64,000 bases of DNA from Macrostomum lignano (Eukaryota). Position numbers and translations under genes: made by a program. The notes beneath the pieces were generated by a model. The model worked only from the letters and a program-made list of their open reading frames with translations. It did not search any database and had not been told where the DNA came from. Each line of letters begins with the position of its first letter. The first letter of the stretch is position 1. Below, piece by piece: positions 32,801-45,238 of this stretch. The stretch covers positions 356,682-420,681 of the forward strand of contig NIVC01001122.1 of NCBI GenBank assembly GCA_002269645.1, given 5' to 3'.

Positions 32801-35800
32801 TAGATCTCCACCCAACCCCTCTACGTCCCATCCCATCGGCCGGCCCATTTCGGCCGCTGCGGCCGCTGCGACCACCGCCGCTCTCAACTGTCACATCGAA
32901 TGAGGACTTGAGCCTGGCTGATTGGGAAAAAGAGAGAGGGGGTAGGCAGAGGCGGGCCAAGTGAGAGCTTTCTCTCTCTCTCTCACTCACTCGCTCTATC
33001 TATATTTTCTCTGACGGAGGTGTTAGGAGATTTTCCCTCCTCCCCCAGCAGAGTGCAAATATCCTTGGTGGCTCATTACGATTCTTTTGTTTATAGGGGA
33101 AATGGGGGGATGGGGCGCCCTTCCCAGTTGAAGAAGAAAAGGATAAAAACAACTGAAAAAAACACGCAACATTGTAGTGTTCTCAAAAAAAGTTGCACGC
33201 GGAAGCCATAGACGGAGAGGCAAAACTGCTGCAGCCGTAAGAATGTTCTGCTTCTTCTCAGCGAGGCCTCACTAGCAATATAGACTTCTATTATTGCAGA
33301 GAAAAGGCACCGTTAGAAACCTGTTGCCGGCTTAGGCTAAGGCGGGGGTAATGAACAGGAAAAAAACTGTATTTGAGATGAGGCGGAAGCTTGGCTATAA
33401 AGAATTCAACTATGAATAGATGATGATGATGACGATGATGATGAGTAGGCTAGAGTTCTGCAGCTTGAATAGCCAATCCAGCATATCCTATAGGTGAGAC
33501 AGCTATATAAGGGAAGAGGCCAAGGGGGGGGGTAAGTCAACTGTATGATGGGATAATGGGATGCGGCTCTCTCCATCCCGATAGACGGGCAAGTGCATAT
33601 CTCGGCTCCCCTTCTCCCACTCCCAAATCTCTAATCCCGAGAGCGCGCCGCTGTCACTGAGGCTGGGTTGGTTAGGGGTGCATCTGAAGGGCGTCCATCC
33701 GCGAGGTGCCTAATTTTCAATAGTCGCCACGAAGTGGGAGGCCGCGAGCGAAGAGAGAGATTAATAGGAGGTGGGGGGGAGGGCACCAGAGAGCGGGCAC
33801 ACTGCAGTATTTTCCAAGTCAAATAAGCAGCTAGCGTTCAAGATCGAAATCTTCTTCTGGTAATCAGCATAACTTCAGTTTAGCTGAAATCGATTTTCAA
33901 CCTTTATGAATATTCCTAGTTTTTATGTGAAACAAAATCGAATATTCAAACAACTTGAACGGCCACAGCAGTTCAAGGATGCGGAAAATGGTTATTTTTT
34001 CTAGTCAGTGAATTTCCCCACCAGATGCTCTGTCTAGAACATCCTGTCCCTCTTTCTGCTCCCTTCATTATTCAAACCCGCCCCCCGCGCAGCAAAAAGG
34101 TATACGAGTGTACAGTTAGGTGTTAGGCACGGCAACTCGGCAGCGTGTGCACAGAGCTACTGTTGCTGACTCATTTGGCAAGTCCTGACTCGCAAAGATG
34201 GCACGAAATGAAACGAAACGAAGGAAGCGGAAAAAAGCTTTTGCACTTCAATCAGGCCGGCTCGATTTGCCAATTATCTCTCCTGCGCCGATAGAGAGGG
34301 AGACAGAGAGACAAGCCGCCCCAGCCGCCCCGATTTCCCTTGGATTTGTTCACGCCACTCCCCCAGCTGTGCACCCCTCCTCATAGCAACTCTAAAAAAC
34401 TGTCTCCATATTTCTCTCTCTCTCTCTCTCTCTCGGATTTGCCGCCACCTTGTCAAAGAAGCGTTTTTTGTAGGATGAAGGTACTTTTTTTCTCTCAGCC
34501 ACATATTCAGCAAGAGAAAGTGGAAGCGTTGTTGGGAGTTGCGCGCTTCTATAAACCCTCGGTGACTGACAGCTTCAAGTCTGGCGTGAGGCGGCTAGTT
34601 GAGTGGCTAGAATAAATCAAGAGTTTATACTAACTGCCTGCTTTTTGCGCCCTTAATTGCAATAAGTAGCAAATGTCTGACACGCGCAGCTGGAGGGACT
34701 GCTACTCTAAGAACTTTCGCTTTGAATAGAGCGGGGACGACAGCGCTGCATCCGCTAAATGCCATTGTTAAGCTTAGCCTACCTAGCTCACTTGGTCGCA
34801 CTCTTTACCATTGCTTATAACGTAGTTTAAGTGAACTTAAAGTGAATCATCAAAATCGAGTCTAATTTAAATTTTAATCTACAAACAGTTTAAGAATAGT
34901 CTAAACAGTCTTACTGAGCTTCTCTGCCGAACATATTCACTAAAACTCCACTCCTCAGCGACCCCACTCCTTAGCCACCCCACTCCTCAGCCACCCCACT
35001 CCTTAGCCACCCCACTCCTCAGCCACCCCACTCCTTAGCCACCCCACTCCTCAGCCACCCCACTCCTTAGCCACCCCACTCCTTAGCCACCCCACTCCTC
35101 AGCCACCCCACTCCTTAGCCACCCCACTCCTCAGCCACCCCACTCCTTAGCCACCCCACTCCTCAGCCACCCCACTCCTTAGCCACCCCACTCCTTAGCC
35201 ACCCCACTCCTCAGCCACCCCACTCCTTAGCCACCCCACTCCTCAGCCACCCCACTCCTTAGCCACCCCACTCCTTAGCCACCCCACTCCTCAGCCACCC
35301 CACTCCTCAGCCACCCCACTCCTCAGTCACCCCACTCCTCAGCCACCCCACTCCTCAGCCACCCCACTCCTCAGCCACCCCACTCCTCAGCCACCCCACT
35401 CCTCAGCCACCCCACTCCTTAGCCACCCCACTCCTCAGCCACCCACTCCTTAGCCACTCCACTCCTCAGCCACCCCACTCCTTAGCCACCCACTCCTCAA
35501 CCCACCTCATACCTCCACTCACCTAGCTCCATCACCCACCTCACTCCTCCAGCCACCCACTGGTTTACCTACCTCATTTCGGTAGACATCGCACTCCATA
35601 AAATACACAAATAAATTTCTAAGAGTCACAGTACAAATATGTAATTATTAGTCATTTCCATTGATTGTTCTTCAGTTGTCAGTGCTTTATCTAAAAAGCA
35701 TCTTAAGAGTACAACACAATGCTCCCATGAAACTGTCGCAGCAAATTCAGTCAGTTTGTACCCTCTCCCTCCAAATAAAAATCTCAAAGCACAGAGCAAC

Positions 35801-38800
35801 AAAACCGGATAGAATGGCGGAGAATCCCAAAACAAGGCCGGTTATCCTCAAGCAACGCGGCGAGGTCACGCGGGCTATAGGCAAAAATAAAACCTGGGCT
35901 AGAAGTGAAACCGAAGTCAGAGGGGGTGTTGTGTTGCTTTTTCAAAATCACGAACCACAGAGGAAGGGTAGCGAATGGAATGAATAGCTGAGGACTCAGA
36001 CTCAGCGGGTGGTATGCTGATTAAGGGGGTGGGGCAGTACAGTAGCCCGAAACAAACGTGCCGGAGACCCGAGGGGATTGGAGTGGGCTGGTGGCAGAGA
36101 GGAACATCAACAAGAGTAAAAAAAACAGGGAACGCGAGATGGGAAAGTTGCCATTGGCCTTTGGGTGAGCTTAGGCAGATATTAAAGTTGCAGGCATTGA
36201 GTATGACTGAGGCAGCGTTCGTTTCACTTCTGGGAATTTTCTATTGTATTACTATATATTCTAGTTCGAGATGAGGATTGCCAACATTTTCGCTCGACTT
36301 GTGGACGATTCAGGTCAGGGTTGAGGGTTGGTGTTTTGGTTAGGGCTCGGTTAGGGTTAAAGGTTGGTGTTATAGGGCTAGTGTTTTGGTTAGGGTTAAG
36401 GGTTAGTGTAATTTTTTTAGATCTAGTTGTATAGATAGGGTTAGTGTTTTGGTTAGGGTTCGGTTAGGGTTAAAGGTTGGTGTTTTAGGGTTAGGGTTTT
36501 GGTTAGGGTTAAGTGTTAGTGTAATAGGGTTAGGGTTTCGGGTAGGGTTAGGTACGTCAGTCAGTTTGTGTTAGTCAGGTATCGTGGACCTATTTCTACC
36601 CCAGCTCAGACCTGCTACCCTATCACAGTGCGGCGAACTAAGAGCTCAGCTTTATTGACTGCGACTGTTTTCTGGGGCAACACAAGCTGCGCCTATTCAG
36701 CTGCGTACTAACCAAGACAATATCTGCTTAACTTGCAGCGCTACTCAATAAAATTACCATAATATGCTTTCGTTGCTCTCCAATCAATATACATTATAGC
36801 AATATTTGTAAACACTTTCCACCAGATTAGTCGGCTTAGGCAAATTCAATAATAGCTTTGAAGAGAAGTAGGGAGAGAGCGGATCAATGTTAATGTATTG
36901 GCTGTTCACTGCTTGAAGGGAAAGAAGAGTGTCAAAGACTGGTCCAATTCTCCGCATTGGGGACGCTGATGATTTATTATTATATTAGCTATAGCTGCTC
37001 AAACTGCTCACTCTCTGCTCACACTCTGTACAGCGCTCACTAAGGCCAGGGCAGGGGCTTCCGCCTAGGCAGAGAATTAAGGCAAAATAGGATTTAGCCT
37101 GAGTATTCAAATTCCATTTTAAAGGCTGACACAAACTGAATCCCTGATTGAAAGGTATATATTTCAGTATATATATATATATACCTTATGCGTTGTTTTT
37201 CATCACTGGAAGCTTTGTTCTATTAATGGTGCAGATATTTTCAAAATTGAAAATTGTCTTTGTCTTTTTCAGTAGACTATGCCTCTGAATGCTTCTTAAC
37301 CCAAAGCCCTTTGAAAATAACACAAAAAACAACAGCCGAGTTCTAATAGATTTGGTTTTTGCTCGAATATATCCACTTCGTAGGTTAAAGAAACAGGCAA
37401 TGTTAGAAAATTAAAACAATAAAAGTTGCTTTTCGTGTACCGTAGAACACGTTGTTCGTTGTTTTGAGAATAGAGAATAAGACGATCTTACAAATCAATT
37501 TAAAATAAGGTGTGATTTGTTAACTTAGCTTCCACACTAAACAAATGCATTGTGTATGTAATTTTTTCTTTGAACAGATTCTTTTTCCATCACTAATGCT
37601 AATTTTGATAAGATAAGGAGGGATAGAAAATAAAGGTGGGATAAGCAGTCACGTGATGAAATGCGTACATGGGGTTAGAACCTAGGTATGAGAGAGCACA
37701 AGGCGAGCCAATCAAAGAGCAGAACAGACCAGCACTGTGAAATAATTGGCAAAACTATTTGTCAATAGTTAAATTAAAAATATATAATAACATAAGATAT
37801 AGTTCACTTGATATTGGTTCTCCCCTGCTGAGTGAAATTAGCTGGCTTGGGAGAGGGGGGTTGTGGCGTGAGGTGGGCCTGTGTCTAGGGGGTAGGCATT
37901 TACTTATTTTCCTGCCCCCATGTACATTAGTCGTGTACATTCTTAAGCGTGTAACAATGTACTTATAGAGTTAGGCTGAACCAGAGTTGTTGGAACAATG
38001 AACTTTCGAACTCTTTTCCAAGAAATGTTTCTCAACTTATGAGCAAACCACTTTCGCGCTCACCTTGAACTTAACCTCGTAGTTCGGATCTGGAAGGTTG
38101 CACTCGAATACGTGCCAGTTGGCGGCGGCCCCGGCCGCCATAGGGGCGCCCTGTACAGTGCAGATGTAGTCTCCGCGCCTGTCGTACACTTCAACATTGC
38201 GCGCGGTGGCTACAAGGCGCACAGACCGGATGCTCAGATTGTGATGCGCGTCGCAGTGCAGGCGCAGCTCGCAAGCATCTCGCGAAGGATTCGTCAACTC
38301 CGGATGCTCGAATGGACAGAGGCTGATGTAGCGCTTCGGCGGCTGCGACTGCTGTAGTATAGATTCTGTTTGGTTGCCAGTCTGTGGGCTGTGGGTACGA
38401 CTGCCTCTTTAATTTTAAAATTAAATAAAAAGGAATATAATATGATCTTTGATAATATCTAGACAAGGTAGTACTAAGTCGTAGGTTTAACTGCAATTCT
38501 ATCATTATTGGAAATTAAAAAATGAATGTTGAATAAATCAAACATAGACAGAAAATATATAATTATATAAACAAATATGCTAACATATCTATATTCTATT
38601 TAACATTCATATTTAAGTTTTTGACCCTGATTTAAAAATTTAGACACAAAATATCGAGACAGTAAAAACAGATATTTACCTAGCACTTTATCGAATGAAT
38701 TAAAGTATTTAGACAATTCTTATGTAATTAAAGATTTAAAACTGGACTATAAAGGACTTGAAGAATAGTGAAAAAAGTCTTTTTAAGTGCACATAAAACT

Positions 38801-38953
38801 AATAAGTAGGAATACAATACATTCATTAACTTACGTGTCGCTAGAAAGATCTTCGTCACTCTTTTCCGGTAAGCTTATAACACTTTGAGATATAATGCTG
38901 CGCAGTTTTATATTGTCTTGAATCTCCCAACTAATAAAAGCATTGCAGGACAT
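29806..38953 (-). CDS. PAAT: ATPase PAAT / C10orf88 homolog, 3 exons, 271 aa
   Basis: Exons (minus) 38953-38835, 38388-38064, 30177-29806; phases match (816 nt). Motifs align with human C10orf88 as I recall it: CNAFISWEI ~ LASSWDV, ACELRLHC ~ PCFLYLRC, VATARNVEVY ~ LSSARNMEVY, VKFK|FLS ~ IKLLS, LSSQARSLLNLV ~ LSPGAQQLMDMV, and a C-terminal coiled coil MEKRINERLD. Confidence 0.8.
30181..31055. repeat. 42-bp minisatellite (GGATGCAGGAATAGAATGGATTGCTAATCTAGCCAACATCAT), ~21 copies, abutting the PAAT intron-2 acceptor
   Basis: 14-aa periodic ORFs on both strands; the array ends a few nt from the CAG at 30178-30180. Confidence 0.97.
31872..32590. repeat. 79-bp tandem repeat, ~9 copies, PAAT intron 2
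   Basis: ORF starts recur every 79 nt, with one 73-nt unit. Confidence 0.96.
34962..35500. repeat. 17-bp minisatellite (CCACTCCTCAGCCACCC / CCACTCCTTAGCCACCC), ~31 copies, PAAT intron 2
   Basis: Two variants, mostly alternating. Confidence 0.96.
36310..36555. repeat. Degenerate TTAGGG-rich tract with a ~110-bp internal duplication
   Basis: Multiple TTAGGG(TT) units mixed with GTGTTTT; the block CGGTTAGGGTTAAAGGTTGGTGTT occurs twice. Confidence 0.8.
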
Positions 38954-41559
38954 TGCTTGACTCTAAACAGTAGATAAAGTAAATAGTCGATGCTATCTTG
39001 GAAAATTATTGAAATTACTTGGAATTTAAGACCAAAAAAACTAAGCCAACAGATTACGAGTATTTTGGGCAGGGGTCGATTTTTTATAGAATAATTTCCG
39101 TCACTTCGGTTGAGAAATTCAGGCTTAAAAAATTAAACCGGTGCTTTTTGTTTGCGCTTTAAGGACTTTAGGGTATGAAAGAATTTGTAAATCATTTTTA
39201 TATTTTAAAAAATACTGCAAATCAATGGCAAGTAAATAACCACTCATTTCGATATCTTACTTATCCTGCGTGATTTTTTGTTAAAATGCTTGTTAAAAAC
39301 CCGACAAAATAAACTTGATGAATCCAGTATCAAATATTCAGAATACGTATCTTCCTTTCCACTGTTTAACTCTGTTACATTACATTTATTTGCTTATTAA
39401 CATGTAATTATATACTGTAGTGCCCTTAGCTTGTGTTCACCCAGCATATGTGTTAAGATATTTCATTCTTGCGTTTTAAATTCTGTACCGTGCAGTATAC
39501 TGTATTGTTGCAAGATTATGCTGTACCTAAATGCTATTCTGATGCCGGCTTCGGGTTCTCGCGCCGATATTGTACGGTTTCAACACCGATCATTTAATTG
39601 ATCCAAAGGACGTGTGGACTCTGCATGTAACTTAAGAAAGACTCGATCTGCAGTCGCGAATGGTCCAATTTTTTGAAGGCTGGACTTTAAGTTTATATTA
39701 TTTCTGAATGGCTTCATGTAAAGGGCTAACTATTTAGTACTTTGTTCAGATTTTCCAAGGACCACTTGCAGACAACCCCAGTTTTTGGATTTGTCTCATG
39801 TATACCCGAAGGCAATTTCGATTGGAAACTTTTAATCCAGGAAATTTTAGTTTTTCTTTTGTGTTGAAAGACTGCAACACAACAAATGTACCCCATCTAT
39901 TTTTGTGTGTAGATACGAACCGCGAGTGCAGCGTTTTTAATAAACTATATACATGTACTTAGACGTCCTTTGCAGTATTGATCTTGGGTATAGCTTGTGC
40001 ATGGTGTGATGGAGTTGGCCATGGTCCATTCTGCTAAAATAGTGTTTGAGGATACATAATACCAAAAAGATGTGGCTGCCAATTCCTGATGCACACGTAG
40101 ACAGCTGAAGTAGGACGCTGCACTCATTTTTCTTCGATATGAGCTGCAAGCTGGTCTAAGGATTGGACTTTTTGTAGTGCAGCTTATTCTTGACCGCATT
40201 TGTCTATAGCCAAACCCCATTCAGCATTATGCCCAATGCACTGGCGATACGACAACTGTGCGTTCCTTACCGGCATCAGGCTCATTTCTAAGAAAATCCA
40301 CATGACAAATGGGAATGACTTACGGCGATGGAATTAAAAAAGGGGCACCATGATGGGTGTGAATGATTCTGAACTAAAATAGAGAGGTTGCTGTTGGCAT
40401 ACATGTATAAGGAGTAGGGTGGGTGTAAGGAGTGAGTCATCGATGAGTCATCAGGTGGGCTTGTATCTAAATTTCGAGACCAAGTACAGTACCATAATGA
40501 AACCAAGTGGTCATCATAATTAGCCTACTGATCGGGCCAAACGAAGTCTTTTCCAGTTGACAGTTTTGGGAGCCCTGGCATCTCGTACACCAACATGTAT
40601 ACATGTAACAAATGGGTATTTGTCTGATCTCAGCAACAGACCCGGCACTGCAGGCTCAACGGCTGGATATTCTGAGAAGGCGCCAGGCCAGTTGCATCTC
40701 TTATCTAGATATGAAGACACGCTATTGAAAGAATGCTTGTCGGCCATAAGCTGCGACAGCTGCCGAAGCGATGAAAGGTGCCGGACAGAACTAGGCTTGA
40801 GGCTGAGACTGTAAATTTGGATGCGCCCGCGCTCTAAGCACTAAAATCCGACCGAAAACTGCCACCGACGTCACCCCGCCTATCCAACAACTGCTGCCGA
40901 ATACATTGCGCTCGACACCAGCGTTAATAGCTCTCTCAGCTCCCCTTCCACTGCCGCTACTTGCGAAGCGTGTCAAGCGAAGCCGCTTGCATTTTGATGA
41001 TGTTGCTGCAGTCAGCCCCCCCCCCACTCTCTCTCGCTATGCGGCGGCTGGTTTTGAAAAAAAGAACGGGGAATTCCGGGCGTGCGCGGCGCCGCCGTGT
41101 CTGGGAGGAAGCCTTGATAATTTCTCTCGAACGGCGACTGGACAGGAAGTGGGAATCTGCGGCCCAGATGCCCGGGGGAAATAGAAATAGATGGGGAAGA
41201 AGGATGCCCACCCAAGTAGAGAAAATGGAGAGAGAAGGAATTCCTTTTATCCTGCTGGTTGACAAAGTATGCCTATTGGTGATTGATAAAAGCAGGATTT
41301 TGCCGATTTGTATGGATAGATCTTGTTCCTGTCGCATCAACAGGGACAGGGTCTATAGCTTTCGTTGCTTTATTTAAATCCGCAAAAATATCGTGTCTGC
41401 ATCTTTGATTTTATTTAGTATATGGAAGAGCGGCAGTGTTATTGAGGAAACAGAACCGACAGAAACAAGGAAGAGATAAGGCAGAAATAATATAGAGATT
41501 AGAAAACGATAAGTGAGAGTTAAAGGAGAGATCAGAGAGGTAAGAGAGAGATTTTATAG

Positions 41560-41596
41560 AGTGATCAGAGATCAGAGATATATATCAGAGACAGAC

Positions 41597-41635
<39 letters not shown>

Positions 41636-41797
41636 AAGAGAGAGAGATCAGATTAAAAAAGCGAGATGAGAGAGAGATAAGAGAGAAAGAGAGAGATCAG
41701 AGAGAGAGAGAGATCAGAGAGAGATCAGAGAGAGATCAGAGAGAGATCAGAGAGAGATCAGAGAGAGATCAGAAATATATATCAGAGACAGACAGAC

Positions 41798-41832
<35 letters not shown>

Positions 41833-42140
41833 TCAGATTAAAAAAGCGAGATGAGAGAGAGATAAGAGAGAAAGAGAGAGATCAGAGAGAGAGAGAGATC
41901 AGAGAGAGATCAGAGAGAGATCAGAGGAGAGCTGAGAGATCAGAGAGACATCAGAGAGAGATCAGAGAGCGATCAGAGAGAGATAAGAGAGAAAGAGAGA
42001 GATCAGAGAGAGAGAGAGATCAGAGAGAGATCAGAGAGAGATCAGAGAGAGATCAGAGAGAGATCAGAGAGAGATCAGAGAGATCAGAGAGAGATCAGAG
42101 AGAGATCAGAGAGCGATCAGAGAGAGATCAGAGATAAATG
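41560..42140. repeat. Compound (GA)n/(GAGAGATCA)n microsatellite with a ~195-bp duplication
   Basis: TATATCAGAGACAGACAGAC occurs at ~41581 and ~41777. Confidence 0.93.
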
Positions 42141-43096
42141 AGAGAGACAGAGAGAGAAAAACACCCAGAACAGTGGCAGCCCAGGTCACAGTTGAGTGCG
42201 CCGCAAAATACAAGCACGATCGTAGCACAATGGCTTCGCCAGCCACTTGGCCTGAAAAAAAGTGGCTTTGCCAGATAGAAGAACCGCAGCGGATCAAAGC
42301 TCCTTCAACTGCATAGCCAGCTATTGAAATTAGCAAGTTGTCTAACTGAAGTGGGTTGGCTAAATAGAGATTGGAACACTGTATCATACTGCAGTAGACA
42401 ATGGCTGCTGAGATAGAAGCCGTATGTTTATTACAGTTGAAAAGATTTTAGCCTAGTGTCGATAGTGTGCCGCATTGTCGCAAGCATACGCTGCGTTAGC
42501 CCAATGGCACCTGCGAAGTTAGTTAGCGCCTTATAGAGCTTGCTAATTGTGTAACCTCACTGGCTGCTGGCCTTACCTGCTCAATAGCTCAACAACAGCA
42601 ACAATCGCTGCAGGCGTGTTGAGTCGCACGTATCTAATTGCTCACTAAATGAAATTCGCCGGCGTGAATAGCGGCAGTAAATCACTGCCATCTGAATTGC
42701 TCGAGAGAAGGCGACAAAATTTCTTTTATTATCGGGTGAAAATGCTTTGTCGGCGAGTTCTTCTTCTTAGTTGGCTGCTGCTCTCGCGTCTCTGTGCAGT
42801 TTGGCCTAAGCTGGCTCTCCGCCATGGAGTTCTTAATAGAGCATCTGGACGGGAAAACAAAGTGCAACACCGGCTCATTTACTCAGCAACAGTCAAAAGT
42901 TCCACCCTCCAAGTGAGGTGAAAAATTTCTCACTTACGAGTATTGCGACAACTTCTCACTCGCAATTTAAACCTCAAGTTACGCAACTAAGCCGCCGCGA
43001 GGAGGGAAATTTAATTAAATTGAATCAATAATAAACGTCAGTAGCACAAAATCATAACAGTTAGTTTTTGTATGCTATATTTAGTTAGAATCGCGA

Positions 43097-43350
43097 TGCT
43101 TAATAACGCGTGTGAGATCCCCTTGCACGCAGAAGTGCGGCGACTCTGCGGTGCATCCACAGGATGAGGCGGCGCAGAGAGTCCTGGGAAAGCTGCTGCC
43201 AAGCGTTTTCAAAGGCATGACGCAACTTCGCAACATTCTGTGTTGGATTCTCTTTTCGAATACTGCGTTTTAAGGTCCCAGACATGGTCGATGGGATTCA
43301 GCATCGGCTCGGTGAACGGCATCCTGGACCATTAAGCAGAACCAAGCCAC
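43097..43350 (-). pseudogene. Tc1/mariner transposase C-terminal remnant (frameshifted)
   Basis: LVLLNGPGCRSP / LNPIDHVWD / LKRSIRK...KLRHAFENAWQQLSQDSLRRLILWMHRRVAALLRARGSHTRY* matches Tc1 WPxxSPDLNPIEHxW...SMxRRxxAVxxAxGxxTxY. Possible inverted termini TCACTTAC..CGAGT at ~42928 and ~43410. Confidence 0.85.
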
Positions 43351-43899
43351 CCTCAAGTGGCAATAAGCTTTGCGCGTGCCTAAGTTGCGTCACTCGCAGT
43401 AAGTGAAAAAAAATATAATCTCGTTTGAAGGGTGGAACTTCTGACTCTTTCTGAGTATAAGTTAAGCAAAATTGATCCAGGATAGTACTCGTACGCATTT
43501 GACTACGAATTAAGGTTTAGCAGGTTTAGTGAGTTTCCAATCCAGATAGCGCGTTCAAAAAGTCCATGACAGTGCTTAAACCAAGCTATCTTTCAGATAT
43601 TTTGTCACCATTGTTTGAAAAGTTTTATAATGGACTGCTTGGCACAGGGGTGGGAGGAGACAAGACGTCTTTTTCTCTCTCACCTTAACCTGACTGCGTC
43701 ACCCCAAAGTAGGTGCTAAAATCTTCGAAAACGAACTATAACGCTAAAATCCACACCCCCGTGATCCCCAATTTAGCTTTAGCAGCAATCCCATTGGCTG
43801 GCTGGTGAATTCTTTATCCCCCCGCCAAAGTCTGTTAAGTCGCAGCAGGAGTTTGGAGACTTCATCTGAGAGAATTTGCTCCTGAACCGGTTCGACCTG

Positions 43900-44917
43900 A
43901 TGGAGATTGCAAAGATTCTGGGACTAAACGATCAGCCGGCAGCGAAAAGGGTCTGCGGTGGCGGCGGCGGCGGCGGCGGTGCCTCGTCGGTCTGTACTGG
44001 CAAAGAGCCGCAGCACCATCATTATTATCATCATCAGCTTCATCTTTGGCAGCAGCAGCAGCATCAGAATCAGACGCACAGCACTGGATCCAATGGCGAA
44101 CTGCTGCAATGTGAAATGAAGTAAAAACAAATGCGTAATTGTCATATTATCTACAATAACTCGTATTATTTTCTAGTAAAACTTGACGATTAGAAAGTCA
44201 GGGCCGCTGTACACTCAAGCGTACGCCCAGGGCTTAGCGGAATGAGGCTGGGCTGCCTGCAGTGCCTAGAAGAACACTTTGTAAAACTCAAGAACTCACT
44301 CAGCGAACTACAGTAGGCATGATAAGCATGTAAAATTTGCTCTCAACCCCAACCACTTTTGAACTCGTGATTATCCAGCAAACTGTCCAGCGAGTTGACT
44401 GAAATCCGTCGCGAACTGCAAGCGGCTGCGGCGGCTTACGACGAACAATTGAAAAGTATTGACGGCTACAGTCGCGAGCTCGATTCCATGCAACGGGAGC
44501 GGCTGGCTCACGTGCAGCAGCTGCGGAGTCTGCATGCCAGCATCAGCTCGGTGAGGCTTTGGGCAGTGTCCGTGATGCCTGAGCAGTGTTCATGCTGACT
44601 GATGCCTGAGCAGTGTCCATGCTGACTGATGCCTGAGCAGTGTCCATGTTGACTGATGCCTGAGCAGTGTCCATGTTGACTGATGCCTGAGCAGTGTCCA
44701 TGCTGACTGATGCCTGAGCAGTGTCCATGCTGACTGATGCCTGAGCAGTGTCCATGCTGACTGATGCCTGAGCAGTGTCCATGTTGACTGACTGTCTAAC
44801 TGTCTGCCTGTCTGTCTGTGTGTCTTAGTGCTTGTCTTAGTGTCTGTCTTAGTGTCTGTCTTGGTGTCTGTCTTAGTGTCTGTCTTGTGTCTGTCTTGTG
44901 TCTGTCTATCTGTCTTG

Positions 44918-44956
<39 letters not shown>

Positions 44957-44963
44957 GTGTCTC

Positions 44964-45004
<41 letters not shown>

Positions 45005-45151
45005 GTGTCTTAGTGCTTGTCTTAGTGTCTGTCTTAGTGTCTGTCTGTCTGTCTGTCTGTCTGTGTGTCTTAGTGCTTGTCTTAGTGTCTGTCTTAGTGT
45101 CTGTCTTAGTGTCTGTCTTAGTGTCTGTCTTGTGTCTGTCTATCTGTCTTG

Positions 45152-45190
<39 letters not shown>

Positions 45191-45199
45191 GTCTTAGTG

Positions 45200-45238
<39 letters not shown>

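Noticed and set aside
38064-38388. Idea that PAAT lacks its own ATG and uses a spliced-leader AUG
   Set aside because: An upstream coding exon (38953-38835, MSCNAFISWEI...) with a GTAAGT donor joins in phase to the acceptor at 38388.
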